This document shows positions 30,378 to 38,322 of a stretch of 64,000 nucleotides of DNA, in pieces. The stretch is taken from positions 5,904 through 69,903 of the forward strand of contig JAOTWP010000003.1 in the NCBI GenBank assembly GCA_029862975.1, in the 5' to 3' direction. The stretch's first letter is position 1. Each line of letters opens with the position of its first letter. The position numbers were made by a program, and so were the translations under genes. The DNA is from Acidobacteriota bacterium. GTDB lineage: Bacteria; Acidobacteriota; Thermoanaerobaculia; Multivoradales; JAHEKO01. The notes below the pieces were generated by a model. It was not told the DNA's origin. It searched no databases and saw only the letters and a list, made by a program, of their open reading frames with translations.

Positions 30378-30406
30378 GGCGTAAACAAAGCGTAAGTCAA
30401 GAGCTC
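30378..30406 (-). promoter_or_regulatory. conserved upstream element of dnaE2 (shared with imuA): GAGCTC-N5-TTACGCTTTGTTTACGCC
   Basis: The minus-strand sequence GAGCTCTTGACTTACGCTTTGTTTACGCCTACGCTCTTGCTCCCC-ATG aligns with the imuA upstream region. It also reads as -35 TTGACT, a 17-nt spacer and -10 TACGCT. Confidence 0.55.
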
Positions 30407-30693
30407 TCCCAACACGGTGTTCGGGTGCAAGAGCGGCCCTGGGACCGAGGAGAGATCGATTCCGGGGATGGACCCTGCCAGGCGGCCATTCCATCGTCGA
30501 GGCTTCGATCAGCGCTTCCGGGACCCGGCCGGTTCGCTTCGCCGGGATCCCGAGACCGACGGCAAGCCGCCTGGCAGCGACGCGTCGCAAAGCGACTGCG
30601 ACCGAGTACGGTATTCGCTATGCTTGGAGGATGTTCCGGCTCTGCTACGCCACGTTCTGCCAGCCCTGCGATTCCTAGACCGGGATCCCGACG

Positions 30694-31404
30694 GTGTCCG
30701 AGGAGCTCCAGCTCCAGTCCGGCAGGGACCCGGGTGCGAACGCCCTCGCGGAGGGGTCGCTGCTTCTGAAAGCGGCTCTGGCCGCGAGGTTCCGGCGTTC
30801 GGCGCGGTGGCTGCTCGCCAGCGCCCTTCTCGCGGCGGCATCGATCGAGGTCTGGCGGCTCTCGGTACCCACGATCATGCCGCTCTTGAGAGCCGCGACG
30901 TGGGCTCTCGTCGCCATGAGTGCGGTCCCTAGAGGCGCCGCGAGCTGGTGGAGAAGCGTCACGCCCGTGGCGTCCGCGAAGGGGCACGAGGTAACGATCC
31001 GTACCCATCTCCTCGCTGGGTCGAAGCTGTCCGGAGCGGCGGCGGAGGAGCGCGCGGCGGTGAGCAAGCGCTCCCTCGTGCTCTTCGTGCCGGCGTTGGC
31101 GCTGTGCCCCACGTTGCTGGTGTGGTCGGGACTATCGGCCATGGACGCTCTCGCCACCGGCGGCCCGGTTCCCCGGTCGCTGGTTTGGGCCATCAGCGTG
31201 CTCTGGTTGCTGAACGCCGCCGGAATGTCCTGGCTCTGGTGGTCGGCCGGGAGGAATGGCGTGGTGCGGCTCGATTCTCGTGACGAGTTCCGCTTCGCCA
31301 TCACCGCAGGTGCCGTCGTGCTGGGAGATTCCAAGAGCGAAGTCCAGGTGCCCGGGCATCTGCTCGACCTGAGCCCTTGGGATCGCGGCGGCGACGCCGG
31401 CTGA
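30694..31404 (+). CDS. hypothetical 4-TM membrane protein with atypical codon usage
   Basis: GTG start. Hydrophobic helices: WLLASALLAAASIEVW, LLRAATWALVAMSAV, LVLFVPALALCPTLLVWSGL, LVWAISVLWLLNAAGMSWLWW. It has several AGA/AGG/CTA/TTG codons that are rare elsewhere in the window. The antisense ORF looks like junk. Confidence 0.5.
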   Translation: MSEELQLQSGRDPGANALAEGSLLLKAALAARFRRSARWLLASALLAAASIEVWRLSVPTIMPLLRAATWALVAMSAVPRGAASWWRSVTPVASAKGHEVTIRTHLLAGSKLSGAAAEERAAVSKRSLVLFVPALALCPTLLVWSGLSAMDALATGGPVPRSLVWAISVLWLLNAAGMSWLWWSAGRNGVVRLDSRDEFRFAITAGAVVLGDSKSEVQVPGHLLDLSPWDRGGDAG

Positions 31405-31583
31405 CGGGCCGTCGAGTCGCTCTCGGGTGCTCGCGTGAGCGCGGCGGCCCGTCGTCGACGGCTCGCCGCGGAGCTCGGAGTCGAGCCTCCGGAACTCTAG
31501 GCGCTGCCATGCGTAGAGAGGGAGAGCGCCGCTCGCGCGGAGCCAGACCCACATCTCGGGACCACAACCTCAGGAGGCTTTCG

Positions 31584-33380
31584 ATGCACTCTCGGACTCG
31601 CTACTCGGTCTTTCTCGCGGCTGCCATGGTGGTGGCCCTCCCGCTGACGCCCCTCGCCGCCCAGGAGGCGGACGACTGGGTCGCTCGCAGCAACGCCAAC
31701 TCGGCTCTCTTGATGGAGGTCTTCGCCCGTTTCGCTCCCGAGGCCGCCGGGCAGTTCGGGGTCGAGGGGCTCGACGAGGAGGTGACGCAGCTGCCGCTCG
31801 ATCTCAACGAGCAGGCCAACGCCATGATCGAAGGCGTGCTCGTCGAGCTGCGCTCCCGGCTCGCCGCCGAGACCCACGCCGCGGTGCGCCAGGATCTCGA
31901 GATCTTGATCGACGCCGCCGAGCAGCAGATCGAGGGCACCGCGATCACGGACAAGTACGAGCTACCCTACTTCAACCTGCCGCAGACGGTCTTCCAGGGA
32001 ATCCGGGCGCTGCTCGACGACCAGGTCGCGGCCGAGCGCCGGCCGGCGGCGCTCGTGCGGCTGCGCCGCTACGCCGGGCTCGAGGAGGGCTACCCGCCGA
32101 TCGCCGAGCAGGCGACGGCGTTCGTGCGGGCGAAGCTCGGCCACGCGGAGCTGCAGGGTCCCTTCAAGGACGACCTGGCGAAGGACCGCTCGAACCGCGC
32201 CCGCTTCATCGACGGCATCCAGCAGCTCTTCGACAAGTACGAGATCGGCGGCTACGAGGAGGCCTATGCCGCCCTGCGCTCCCAGCTCGACGCCTACGAC
32301 GCCTTCCTCGAGAGCGAGCTCGCGCCGCGGGTGCGCGAGGACTTCCGGCTGCCGGCCGAGCTCTACGCCTTCAACCTGAAGGGGGTGGGGATCGACATGC
32401 CCGTGGCGGAGCTCGTGAGCCGGGCCAAGGTCTCCTTCCGCGAGATCCAGAACGAGATGCAGGCCGTGGCCGCCCTCGTCGCCGCCGAACGCGGGCTGCC
32501 GGCGGGCGACTACCGCGACGTGATCGCGGAGCTCAAGAAGGAGCAGCTCGTGGGCGAGGCGATCCTGCCGCACTACCAGGGGCGGATCAAGGATCTCGAG
32601 AAGCTCATCGCCGAGCACGACGTCGTGACGCTGCCGGATCGCGAGATGCGCATCCGGCTGGCGAGCGAGGCCGAGAGCGCGCAGGTGCCGGCGCCGAACA
32701 TGCGGCCGCCGCGGCTCTTCGGCAACACCGGCGAGATGGGCGAGTTCGTGCTGCCGCTGCGCATCCCCGGCGAAGACGGCGAGGAGGTGGGCTTCGACGA
32801 CTTCACCTTCGAGGCGGCGTCGTGGACGCTGACGGCGCACGAGGGGCGGCCCGGCCACGAGCTGCAGTTCGCTTCGATCGTCGAGAAGGGCGTCTCCCAG
32901 GCCCGCGTCGCGTTCGCCTTCAACAGCGTCAACGTCGAGGGCTGGGCGCTCTACCAGGAGGCCGAGATGAAGCCCTACCTGCCGCTCGAGGGCCAGCTGA
33001 TCGCGCTCCAGCACCGCCTCCTGCGTGCCGCGCGCGCCTTCCTCGACCCCGGCCTGCAGCTCGGCATGATGGACCGCGACGAGGCGTACCGGATCCTCGA
33101 AAAGGACGTCGTCATGTCCCACCCGATGGCGATGCAGGAGGTCGAGCGCTACACCTTCTGGGCGCCCGGCCAGGCGACGGCCTACTTCTGCGGCTACACC
33201 CGCCTGATGGAGCTGCGCACCGACGCCGAGCGCCTGCTCGGCGACGCCTTCGACCGCAAGGCCTACCACGACTTCATCCTCGCCCAGGGACTGCTGCCGC
33301 CAGAGCTCCTGCGCAAGGCCGTGATGGAAGACTTCATCGGCCCCCGAGTCGAGCGCGACGAGCCGGCGATGAAAGGCTGA
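31584..33380 (+). CDS. DUF885-family secreted protein (putative metallopeptidase-like)
   Basis: ATG at 31584 with an AGGAGG RBS. Signal peptide (VFLAAAMVVALPLTPLAAQ). HEGRPGHELQF and the WAPGQATAYFCGY region are typical of DUF885. Confidence 0.75.
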   Translation: MHSRTRYSVFLAAAMVVALPLTPLAAQEADDWVARSNANSALLMEVFARFAPEAAGQFGVEGLDEEVTQLPLDLNEQANAMIEGVLVELRSRLAAETHAAVRQDLEILIDAAEQQIEGTAITDKYELPYFNLPQTVFQGIRALLDDQVAAERRPAALVRLRRYAGLEEGYPPIAEQATAFVRAKLGHAELQGPFKDDLAKDRSNRARFIDGIQQLFDKYEIGGYEEAYAALRSQLDAYDAFLESELAPRVREDFRLPAELYAFNLKGVGIDMPVAELVSRAKVSFREIQNEMQAVAALVAAERGLPAGDYRDVIAELKKEQLVGEAILPHYQGRIKDLEKLIAEHDVVTLPDREMRIRLASEAESAQVPAPNMRPPRLFGNTGEMGEFVLPLRIPGEDGEEVGFDDFTFEAASWTLTAHEGRPGHELQFASIVEKGVSQARVAFAFNSVNVEGWALYQEAEMKPYLPLEGQLIALQHRLLRAARAFLDPGLQLGMMDRDEAYRILEKDVVMSHPMAMQEVERYTFWAPGQATAYFCGYTRLMELRTDAERLLGDAFDRKAYHDFILAQGLLPPELLRKAVMEDFIGPRVERDEPAMKG

Positions 33381-33639
33381 AGACGGAGGCGTCGCGGCGC
33401 AGCCGCAATGGAGATGAGGGGAGAGGTCGGAAGCGACAAGGGACGGAGAGACTTCAGGCCAGGGCCGAAAACGGAGACGGCGGGGCGCGATCCAGAGACG
33501 GTGGCCGGGTCGAGTCTGGCCTGAAGGACAGGGTCGTCCGCGGCTTCGGGACGGGGTAGGTTCTGCGGCAGCGACCTTCGGCATCTCCCCAGTCGTCGCG
33601 CTCGCCAGCTCCAGGCTAGTAGTGCCCGCGAGCTCCAGG

Positions 33640-34692
33640 CTAGTAGAGCTCCAGCTGCTCCCCTCGCCGGCGGAACGCCGCGGTGGAGAGCTCGGGACCT
33701 GCGAGCGCCAGGCGGTTGCGGCCGGCGGCGTTCTCGAAGAGAGCGCGGATCTGCGCCGCGTAGGGTCCCTGGCCGCGGGTACGGCGGCCGAAGAGGGTGT
33801 CGTTGATCCGTCCTTGCCGCACGTCGCGGATGCGGCTCGTCACTTTGGTCCGCCGGTCGGGGAAGTTGGATCGCAGCCATGCGTCGAAGAGCCCCGCCAC
33901 GGCGCCCGGCAGGCGGAGCATCAGGTAGTTGGCGAAGGCGGCGCCGGCCTGGGCGGCGGCCGCGAGGATGGCGGGGATCTCGTGGTCGTTGAGGCCCGGG
34001 ATCACGGGCGCCACGTTGACGCCGCAGGGCACGCCGGCCGCCCGCAGCTCGGCGAGCGCCCACAGCCGGTCGCGGGGGTGCGAGGTCCGGGGCTCCATGC
34101 GGCGCGCCAGCTCCGCGTCGAGGGTGGTGATCGACAGGGTGACGGCGGCCGCTCCGTGGTCGGCGAGTGCAGCGAGGAGATCGAGGTCGCGAGTCACGAG
34201 CCGGTTCTTGGTGATGACCGCCGCCGGATTGCGATGCTCCAGCAGCACCTCGAGGCAGCCCCGGGTGAGCGCGAGCCGCCTCTCGACGGGCTGGTAGGGG
34301 TCGGTGACGCCCGAGAGCGCCACCACCTGCGGGGTCCAGCCCGGCCGCCCCAGCTCGCGGCGCAGCAGCTCGGGGGCCCGCTCCTTGACGAGGATCTTCG
34401 TCTCGAAGTCGAGGCCGGCGGAGAGGCCGAGGTATTCGTGGGTCGGTCGTGCGTAGCAGTAGATGCAGCCGTGCTCGCAGCCGCGGTAGGGGTTGAGCGA
34501 GTAGGTGAACGGGACGTCGGGGCTGTCGTTTCTCGACAGGACCGTGCGGCTGTCGTCGCGCAGGAACTCGGTCTCGACCCTCTCGGCAGGCGGCTCCAGC
34601 GGCTCGATCTCGAGCCGCTCGAAGCGGGCCTTGGGGTTGCCGGTGCTCGCCCGGCCGCGCGGCGCGCCGGCGTTAGACTCGGAATCGATCAT
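33640..34692 (-). CDS. radical SAM protein (PA0069 / Rv2578c-like, DNA-repair-photolyase-related family)
   Basis: The CxxxCxxC cluster is CEHGCIYCYA. The N-terminal NPKARFE motif and the overall pattern (VTDPYQPVE, ITKN, SITTLD) are those of this family. Confidence 0.8.
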   Translation of the reverse strand: MIDSESNAGAPRGRASTGNPKARFERLEIEPLEPPAERVETEFLRDDSRTVLSRNDSPDVPFTYSLNPYRGCEHGCIYCYARPTHEYLGLSAGLDFETKILVKERAPELLRRELGRPGWTPQVVALSGVTDPYQPVERRLALTRGCLEVLLEHRNPAAVITKNRLVTRDLDLLAALADHGAAAVTLSITTLDAELARRMEPRTSHPRDRLWALAELRAAGVPCGVNVAPVIPGLNDHEIPAILAAAAQAGAAFANYLMLRLPGAVAGLFDAWLRSNFPDRRTKVTSRIRDVRQGRINDTLFGRRTRGQGPYAAQIRALFENAAGRNRLALAGPELSTAAFRRRGEQLELY

Positions 34693-35380
34693 GTGCGGAC
34701 GCTACACGGTCTCGAACCCGGGCGAGATCCTGCCGGAGCTCGTGGGGGGCGGCGACTCCCCGGAGATCGCGGCCCGCTTCAACGTGGCGCCGACCCAGCT
34801 GGCGCCCGTGGTGATCGCCGGCGAGGACGGCGTGCGGCGGGCGGTGGAGATGCGCTGGGGGCTGGTGCCCTACTGGGCCGAGGGCCCGGAGATCGGCAGC
34901 CGCATGATCAACGCCCGCTCCGAGACGGTGGCCGAAAAGGCGGCGTTTCGCGACAGCTTCCGGCGCCGCCGCTGCCTGGTGGCGGCGGACGGCTTCTACG
35001 AGTGGCAGAAGGTGGCCGGCGGCAAGCAGCCGTTTCTCCTCCGGCTGACGGGCGGCGCCCCCTTCGGCTTCGCCGGCCTGTGGGACCGCTGGCGCGGCCC
35101 CCGGGGGCGGATCCTCGAGTCGTTCACGATTCTCACGACGACCCCCAACGAGCTGGTGGCGCCGATCCACGACCGCATGCCCGTGATCCTCGCTCCCGAG
35201 GGCCGCGACCTCTGGCTCGACGAGGCGGCGAGCGGCGAAGCCCTCCAGGGGGTTCTGGGGCCGTACGCCGCGGCGGCGATGGAGGCGATAGCGGTCAGCG
35301 ACTACGTCAGTAATCCGGCCCACGACTCGCTCCGGTGCATGCAGCCGCTGCTGCCGCCCGCCCAGGGGACGCTCTTCTAG
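34691..35380 (+). CDS. yedK: SOS response-associated peptidase (SRAP / YedK family, abasic-site DNA-protein crosslink sensor)
   Basis: It starts MCGRY (catalytic Cys2). Motifs: RFNVAPTQ, RWGLVPYW, INARSETV, RRCLVAADGFYEW, FAGLWD, SFTILTT, IHDRMPVIL. Confidence 0.9.
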   Translation: MCGRYTVSNPGEILPELVGGGDSPEIAARFNVAPTQLAPVVIAGEDGVRRAVEMRWGLVPYWAEGPEIGSRMINARSETVAEKAAFRDSFRRRRCLVAADGFYEWQKVAGGKQPFLLRLTGGAPFGFAGLWDRWRGPRGRILESFTILTTTPNELVAPIHDRMPVILAPEGRDLWLDEAASGEALQGVLGPYAAAAMEAIAVSDYVSNPAHDSLRCMQPLLPPAQGTLF

Positions 35381-35393
35381 CCGCTCGCCGGCG

Positions 35394-36902
35394 CTAGTCA
35401 TACATGCCGTCGGCGAACCAGCTCTCGCTGCGGCGATCGCGGTAGATGCGGTAGATGCCGCCGTCGCTGAGCTCGACGTCCCAGTACTCGCGGTCGACCG
35501 GCCGCTCGTTCCACCAGCCCTCCTCCAGCGCCCAGGGGCCGGAGGCGACGCGCACCGTGCCGTCGATCCGCGGCCGGCCCCGGGTGGCCTCCGTGACCGG
35601 CGTCGCCACGCGGCGCGGCCGCGGGTCGACGAGGACCTCGAGGGGGATCGGGGGCCGCAGGGTCCGCACCGCGAGCAGGCCGTAGCCCTCGGGCTCGGGC
35701 TCGCGGACGTCCGGGGGCGGCGGTGGCGCGAAGGGCTCGAGCCGGAAGTCCTCCGGGCGGTGATCGGTACCGCGGCGGGGAGCGCCGGCGCGCTCCGGGC
35801 CGAGCAGGCTGAAGAGGCGCGCCAGGGTCGTCGCCAGGCGGTCGGGCGAGAGAGCGGTGGGGCCGAAGAGCGTGAGCTGCGCCGCGCGCGGCCGGTCGGG
35901 GTGGCCGCGCAGGGTGAAGCCGGCGACCGCCGCTCCCGGGGGATGCGCCTCGACGTCGAGCTTGACGAGGGTAAGGAGCGTCTTGACGTCGCGCGTCGGC
36001 GCCGGCAGCACGACGCTGCGCTCGTGGGTGCCCTCGGGCTCGAGGCGGAGCGAGGTCTCCAGACGGAGGCAGGCCAGGCCGTGCCGCGCCATGCGCTCGC
36101 ACATGCGGTCGAGGGCGGCGCGCGCCACGAAGAGAAAGGGCTCGAGCGTGGTCAGGGGCCATTCGAGGGTCATGCCTTCGTCGAAGGTCGCGGCGGGCCG
36201 GTGGGGGACGAGCGGATGCGGGTCGATGCCGCGGGCCTGGCGGTGGAGCCCCTGCCCGGCCTCCCCGAACCGGCTGGCGATCTCGTCTTTCGGCAGCTCG
36301 GCGAACTGCCCGATCGAGCGGATGCCCCAGCGTGCGAGCCGGTCGAGCACGTGCGCCTCGGCCAGCAGGCGGGTCAGGGGCAGGGGGGCGAGGAAGCCCG
36401 CCTCTTCGCCGGCCGGCACGACGGTGGGGGAGTCGGCCTGCTCGGCGGCGATGTGGGCCGCGAGCTTCGAGCCCGCGATGCCGGCGCGCGCCGCCATGCG
36501 CGCCCGCTCCGCGGCCTGGATCAAGGCGCTTCCGAGCTCGTGGTCGCGCGGCCAGTGGCGCTCCAGGCCGGCGAGATCCAGGTAGACGACCCCCCGGCCG
36601 GCGTTCTCCACCCGCGGCGAGAAGATCTCCGCGATCTCCAGGAGGCTCTGCTGGGCGGCGGACTCGCACGCCGCGTCGCGGCCGCGCACCGCGACCTTGG
36701 GCAGCAGCGCCCGCGCCTGGGCAAGCGACATTCCGCGGCGTATGCCGGCCCGGCGGGCGCGCCGGCTGGCCGCGCTCACCCGCGCGGCCGAGCCGTTGCC
36801 CGCGAGCAGGACCAGGGCCTCGCCGGCGAGCTCCGGCTCGCTGCGCAGGCGGGCCGCGAGCGGGAAGAGGGGCACCCGAAGGCAGGCGATCCGGTGGCTC
36901 AT
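35394..36902 (-). CDS. imuB: ImuB, Y-family-polymerase-like mutasome subunit
   Basis: Motifs: IACLRVPLFPLAARLR, GMSLAQARAL, VVYLDLAGLERHW. It lacks the canonical catalytic acidic triad context. It sits immediately downstream of imuA with a 12-nt gap. Confidence 0.85.
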   Translation of the reverse strand: MSHRIACLRVPLFPLAARLRSEPELAGEALVLLAGNGSAARVSAASRRARRAGIRRGMSLAQARALLPKVAVRGRDAACESAAQQSLLEIAEIFSPRVENAGRGVVYLDLAGLERHWPRDHELGSALIQAAERARMAARAGIAGSKLAAHIAAEQADSPTVVPAGEEAGFLAPLPLTRLLAEAHVLDRLARWGIRSIGQFAELPKDEIASRFGEAGQGLHRQARGIDPHPLVPHRPAATFDEGMTLEWPLTTLEPFLFVARAALDRMCERMARHGLACLRLETSLRLEPEGTHERSVVLPAPTRDVKTLLTLVKLDVEAHPPGAAVAGFTLRGHPDRPRAAQLTLFGPTALSPDRLATTLARLFSLLGPERAGAPRRGTDHRPEDFRLEPFAPPPPPDVREPEPEGYGLLAVRTLRPPIPLEVLVDPRPRRVATPVTEATRGRPRIDGTVRVASGPWALEEGWWNERPVDREYWDVELSDGGIYRIYRDRRSESWFADGMYD

Positions 36903-36914
36903 CGCGCCTCCGCG

Positions 36915-37643
36915 CTACCGGCCGGGGGCTCGCGATCGCCAGGTGAACGGCAGGGACGCGACGGGCGCCCGCCCGAGCGCCTTGACGAGCTGCAACCGGG
37001 TGCAGACGGCGCTCAAGAGCCTGGGAGCGCGGCCGGTCCCCTGCCACCGGGCACCCGTCTTGCTCGACTCGACGACGACCTGCGCGGTGGTGCCGCTGGC
37101 GCGGTAGGGGCTCGAGACGAGCAGGATGCCCTGACGCTGCCGCGCCGTTCGCGCCAGCCGGATCCATGACGCCTCCGGGCCGCGTCCTCCGGGAACGGGC
37201 GGCGAGCCCAAGTCGAGAGCGACGAGCGGAAATCCGGCGTTCAAGAGCAGCTCGGTCGCGATCAGAGCGGACTTCAGGTGCTCCGGGCGAGCCCACAGCA
37301 GGCGCGACAGATCGATTCCGGCGTCGGCGGCGGCCCGCGGGTCCAGCCCGTCGCCGAGATCGACCAGCGCCGTCGTCTCGCCGCGGCGGGTGAACGCGAC
37401 GAGGGTCTGCAGGAGGATGGAGAAGCGGCCGCTCGAGCGGCGCCCGACGATCTCGATCAACCCCCCCGGTTCGAGGCCGCCCGCCAGCAGCTCGTCCAGG
37501 GGACGGACGCGGCTGGCCCGCGAGCTGTCGGCCGGCGCTTGCCGCGGAGCGAGCGTACGGCCGGTCCGCAGCGCGGGATGGATCCGGCGGAGGGCGAGCG
37601 GGGTGGGCGCCATGGCGAGGGCATTCGGGGGAGCGGGGCTCAT
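36915..37643 (-). CDS. imuA: ImuA, RecA-fold/SulA-like mutasome subunit
   Basis: LDELLAGGLEPGGLIEIVGRRSSGRFSIL (degenerate P-loop) and WIRLARTARQRQGILLVSS are typical of ImuA. ATG at 37643; the alternative is 37613. The track start at 37712 runs through an upstream terminator. Confidence 0.8.
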   Translation of the reverse strand: MSPAPPNALAMAPTPLALRRIHPALRTGRTLAPRQAPADSSRASRVRPLDELLAGGLEPGGLIEIVGRRSSGRFSILLQTLVAFTRRGETTALVDLGDGLDPRAAADAGIDLSRLLWARPEHLKSALIATELLLNAGFPLVALDLGSPPVPGGRGPEASWIRLARTARQRQGILLVSSPYRASGTTAQVVVESSKTGARWQGTGRAPRLLSAVCTRLQLVKALGRAPVASLPFTWRSRAPGR

Positions 37644-37655
37644 GGTGAGGGCAAA

Positions 37656-37685
37656 GGTGAAAACAAGGCGTAATTCGAGCTCGAA
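37656..37685 (-). promoter_or_regulatory. conserved upstream element of imuA (shared with dnaE2), including the 12-bp palindrome TTCGAGCTCGAA
   Basis: The minus-strand sequence TTCGAGCTCGAATTACGCCTTGTTTTCACCTTTGCCCTCACC-ATG contains the direct repeat TTACGC-N5-TTTCAC with an 11-bp period. Confidence 0.55.
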
Positions 37686-37709
37686 AAATCGGGCGGCACG
37701 CGCCGCCCG
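37684..37709 (-). terminator. rho-independent terminator of the acidic lipoprotein gene
   Basis: On the minus strand: CGGGCGGC-GCGT-GCCGCCCG followed by ATTTTT, 15 nt after the TAG at 37724-37726. Confidence 0.7.
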
Positions 37710-37723
37710 CAAGATCGGTCGCT

Positions 37724-38038
37724 CTAGTGGACGGGCGGCTCCTCGCCCTCCTCGCCTGCGTCGTCCATGTCTTCCATCGCGTCGTCCATGTCTTCCATCG
37801 CGTCGTCCATCGCTTCACCGGCGTCGTCCATCATCTCGTCGGCCGCGCCCATCGCGTCGTCCGCCGCGCCTTCCATCGCTTCACCGGCGTCGTCCATCGC
37901 CTCACCGGCCGTGTCCATGGCGTCGCTGGCCGTGTCCATGGCCTCATCCGCCGCGTCCTGCGCCTGCTGACAACCGACGGCAACGAACAGAACCAGAACG
38001 GCCACGACGACCATCCAAGGAGTCTGCATCTTCTTCAT
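37724..38038 (-). CDS. small, extremely acidic, Met-rich repeat lipoprotein
   Basis: ATG at 38038 with a GGAGGG RBS. Signal peptide ending VAVGC. The mature part consists almost entirely of D/E/A/M/G repeats (DDAMEDMDDAMEDMDDAGE). Confidence 0.7.
   Translation of the reverse strand: MKKMQTPWMVVVAVLVLFVAVGCQQAQDAADEAMDTASDAMDTAGEAMDDAGEAMEGAADDAMGAADEMMDDAGEAMDDAMEDMDDAMEDMDDAGEEGEEPPVH
37758..37945 (-). repeat. tandem 21-nt (7-codon) coding repeats inside the acidic lipoprotein gene
   Basis: GCGTCGTCCATGTCTTCCATC occurs twice perfectly (37758-37799), followed by progressively diverged units. Confidence 0.8.
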
Positions 38039-38322
38039 CTTTCGTCCCTCCACAGTGCTCGAAAAGGCGAACGCCCTTCCCAGGAGCCCGCAGTATAGCA
38101 AAGCTGCCGGGAGAAGCGACCCCCGGGGGAGGGGGATTCGCTTGCCGGGTCGACGAGCTTCTATGGTACCCTTTGCGCGTTTCGGAGAGATAGCAGCTCA
38201 CTCGGTTCGTTGACGACAGTCAGAACCGGCCCGGTTCGGTGCGCGGAGGCTGCGGCGAGGACCGTTGACAAATAGGGGATGGGCAGGTGTTGGCGAGAAA
38301 CGCAGGTGAAAGGAGCTTGGCC

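Noticed and set aside
30409-30423. Gram-positive/cyanobacterial-type LexA box (GAAC-N4-GTTC) upstream of dnaE2: CGAACACCGTGTTGG.
   Set aside because: The second half-site is TGTT, not GTTC, and there is no counterpart upstream of imuA. The shared TTACGC-N5-TTWCRC element is the better candidate.
37758-37945. Short tandem repeats that could suggest a CRISPR array or VNTR.
   Set aside because: The units are 21 nt, contiguous with no spacers, and in frame within a gene that has an RBS, lipobox and terminator. They are coding repeats.
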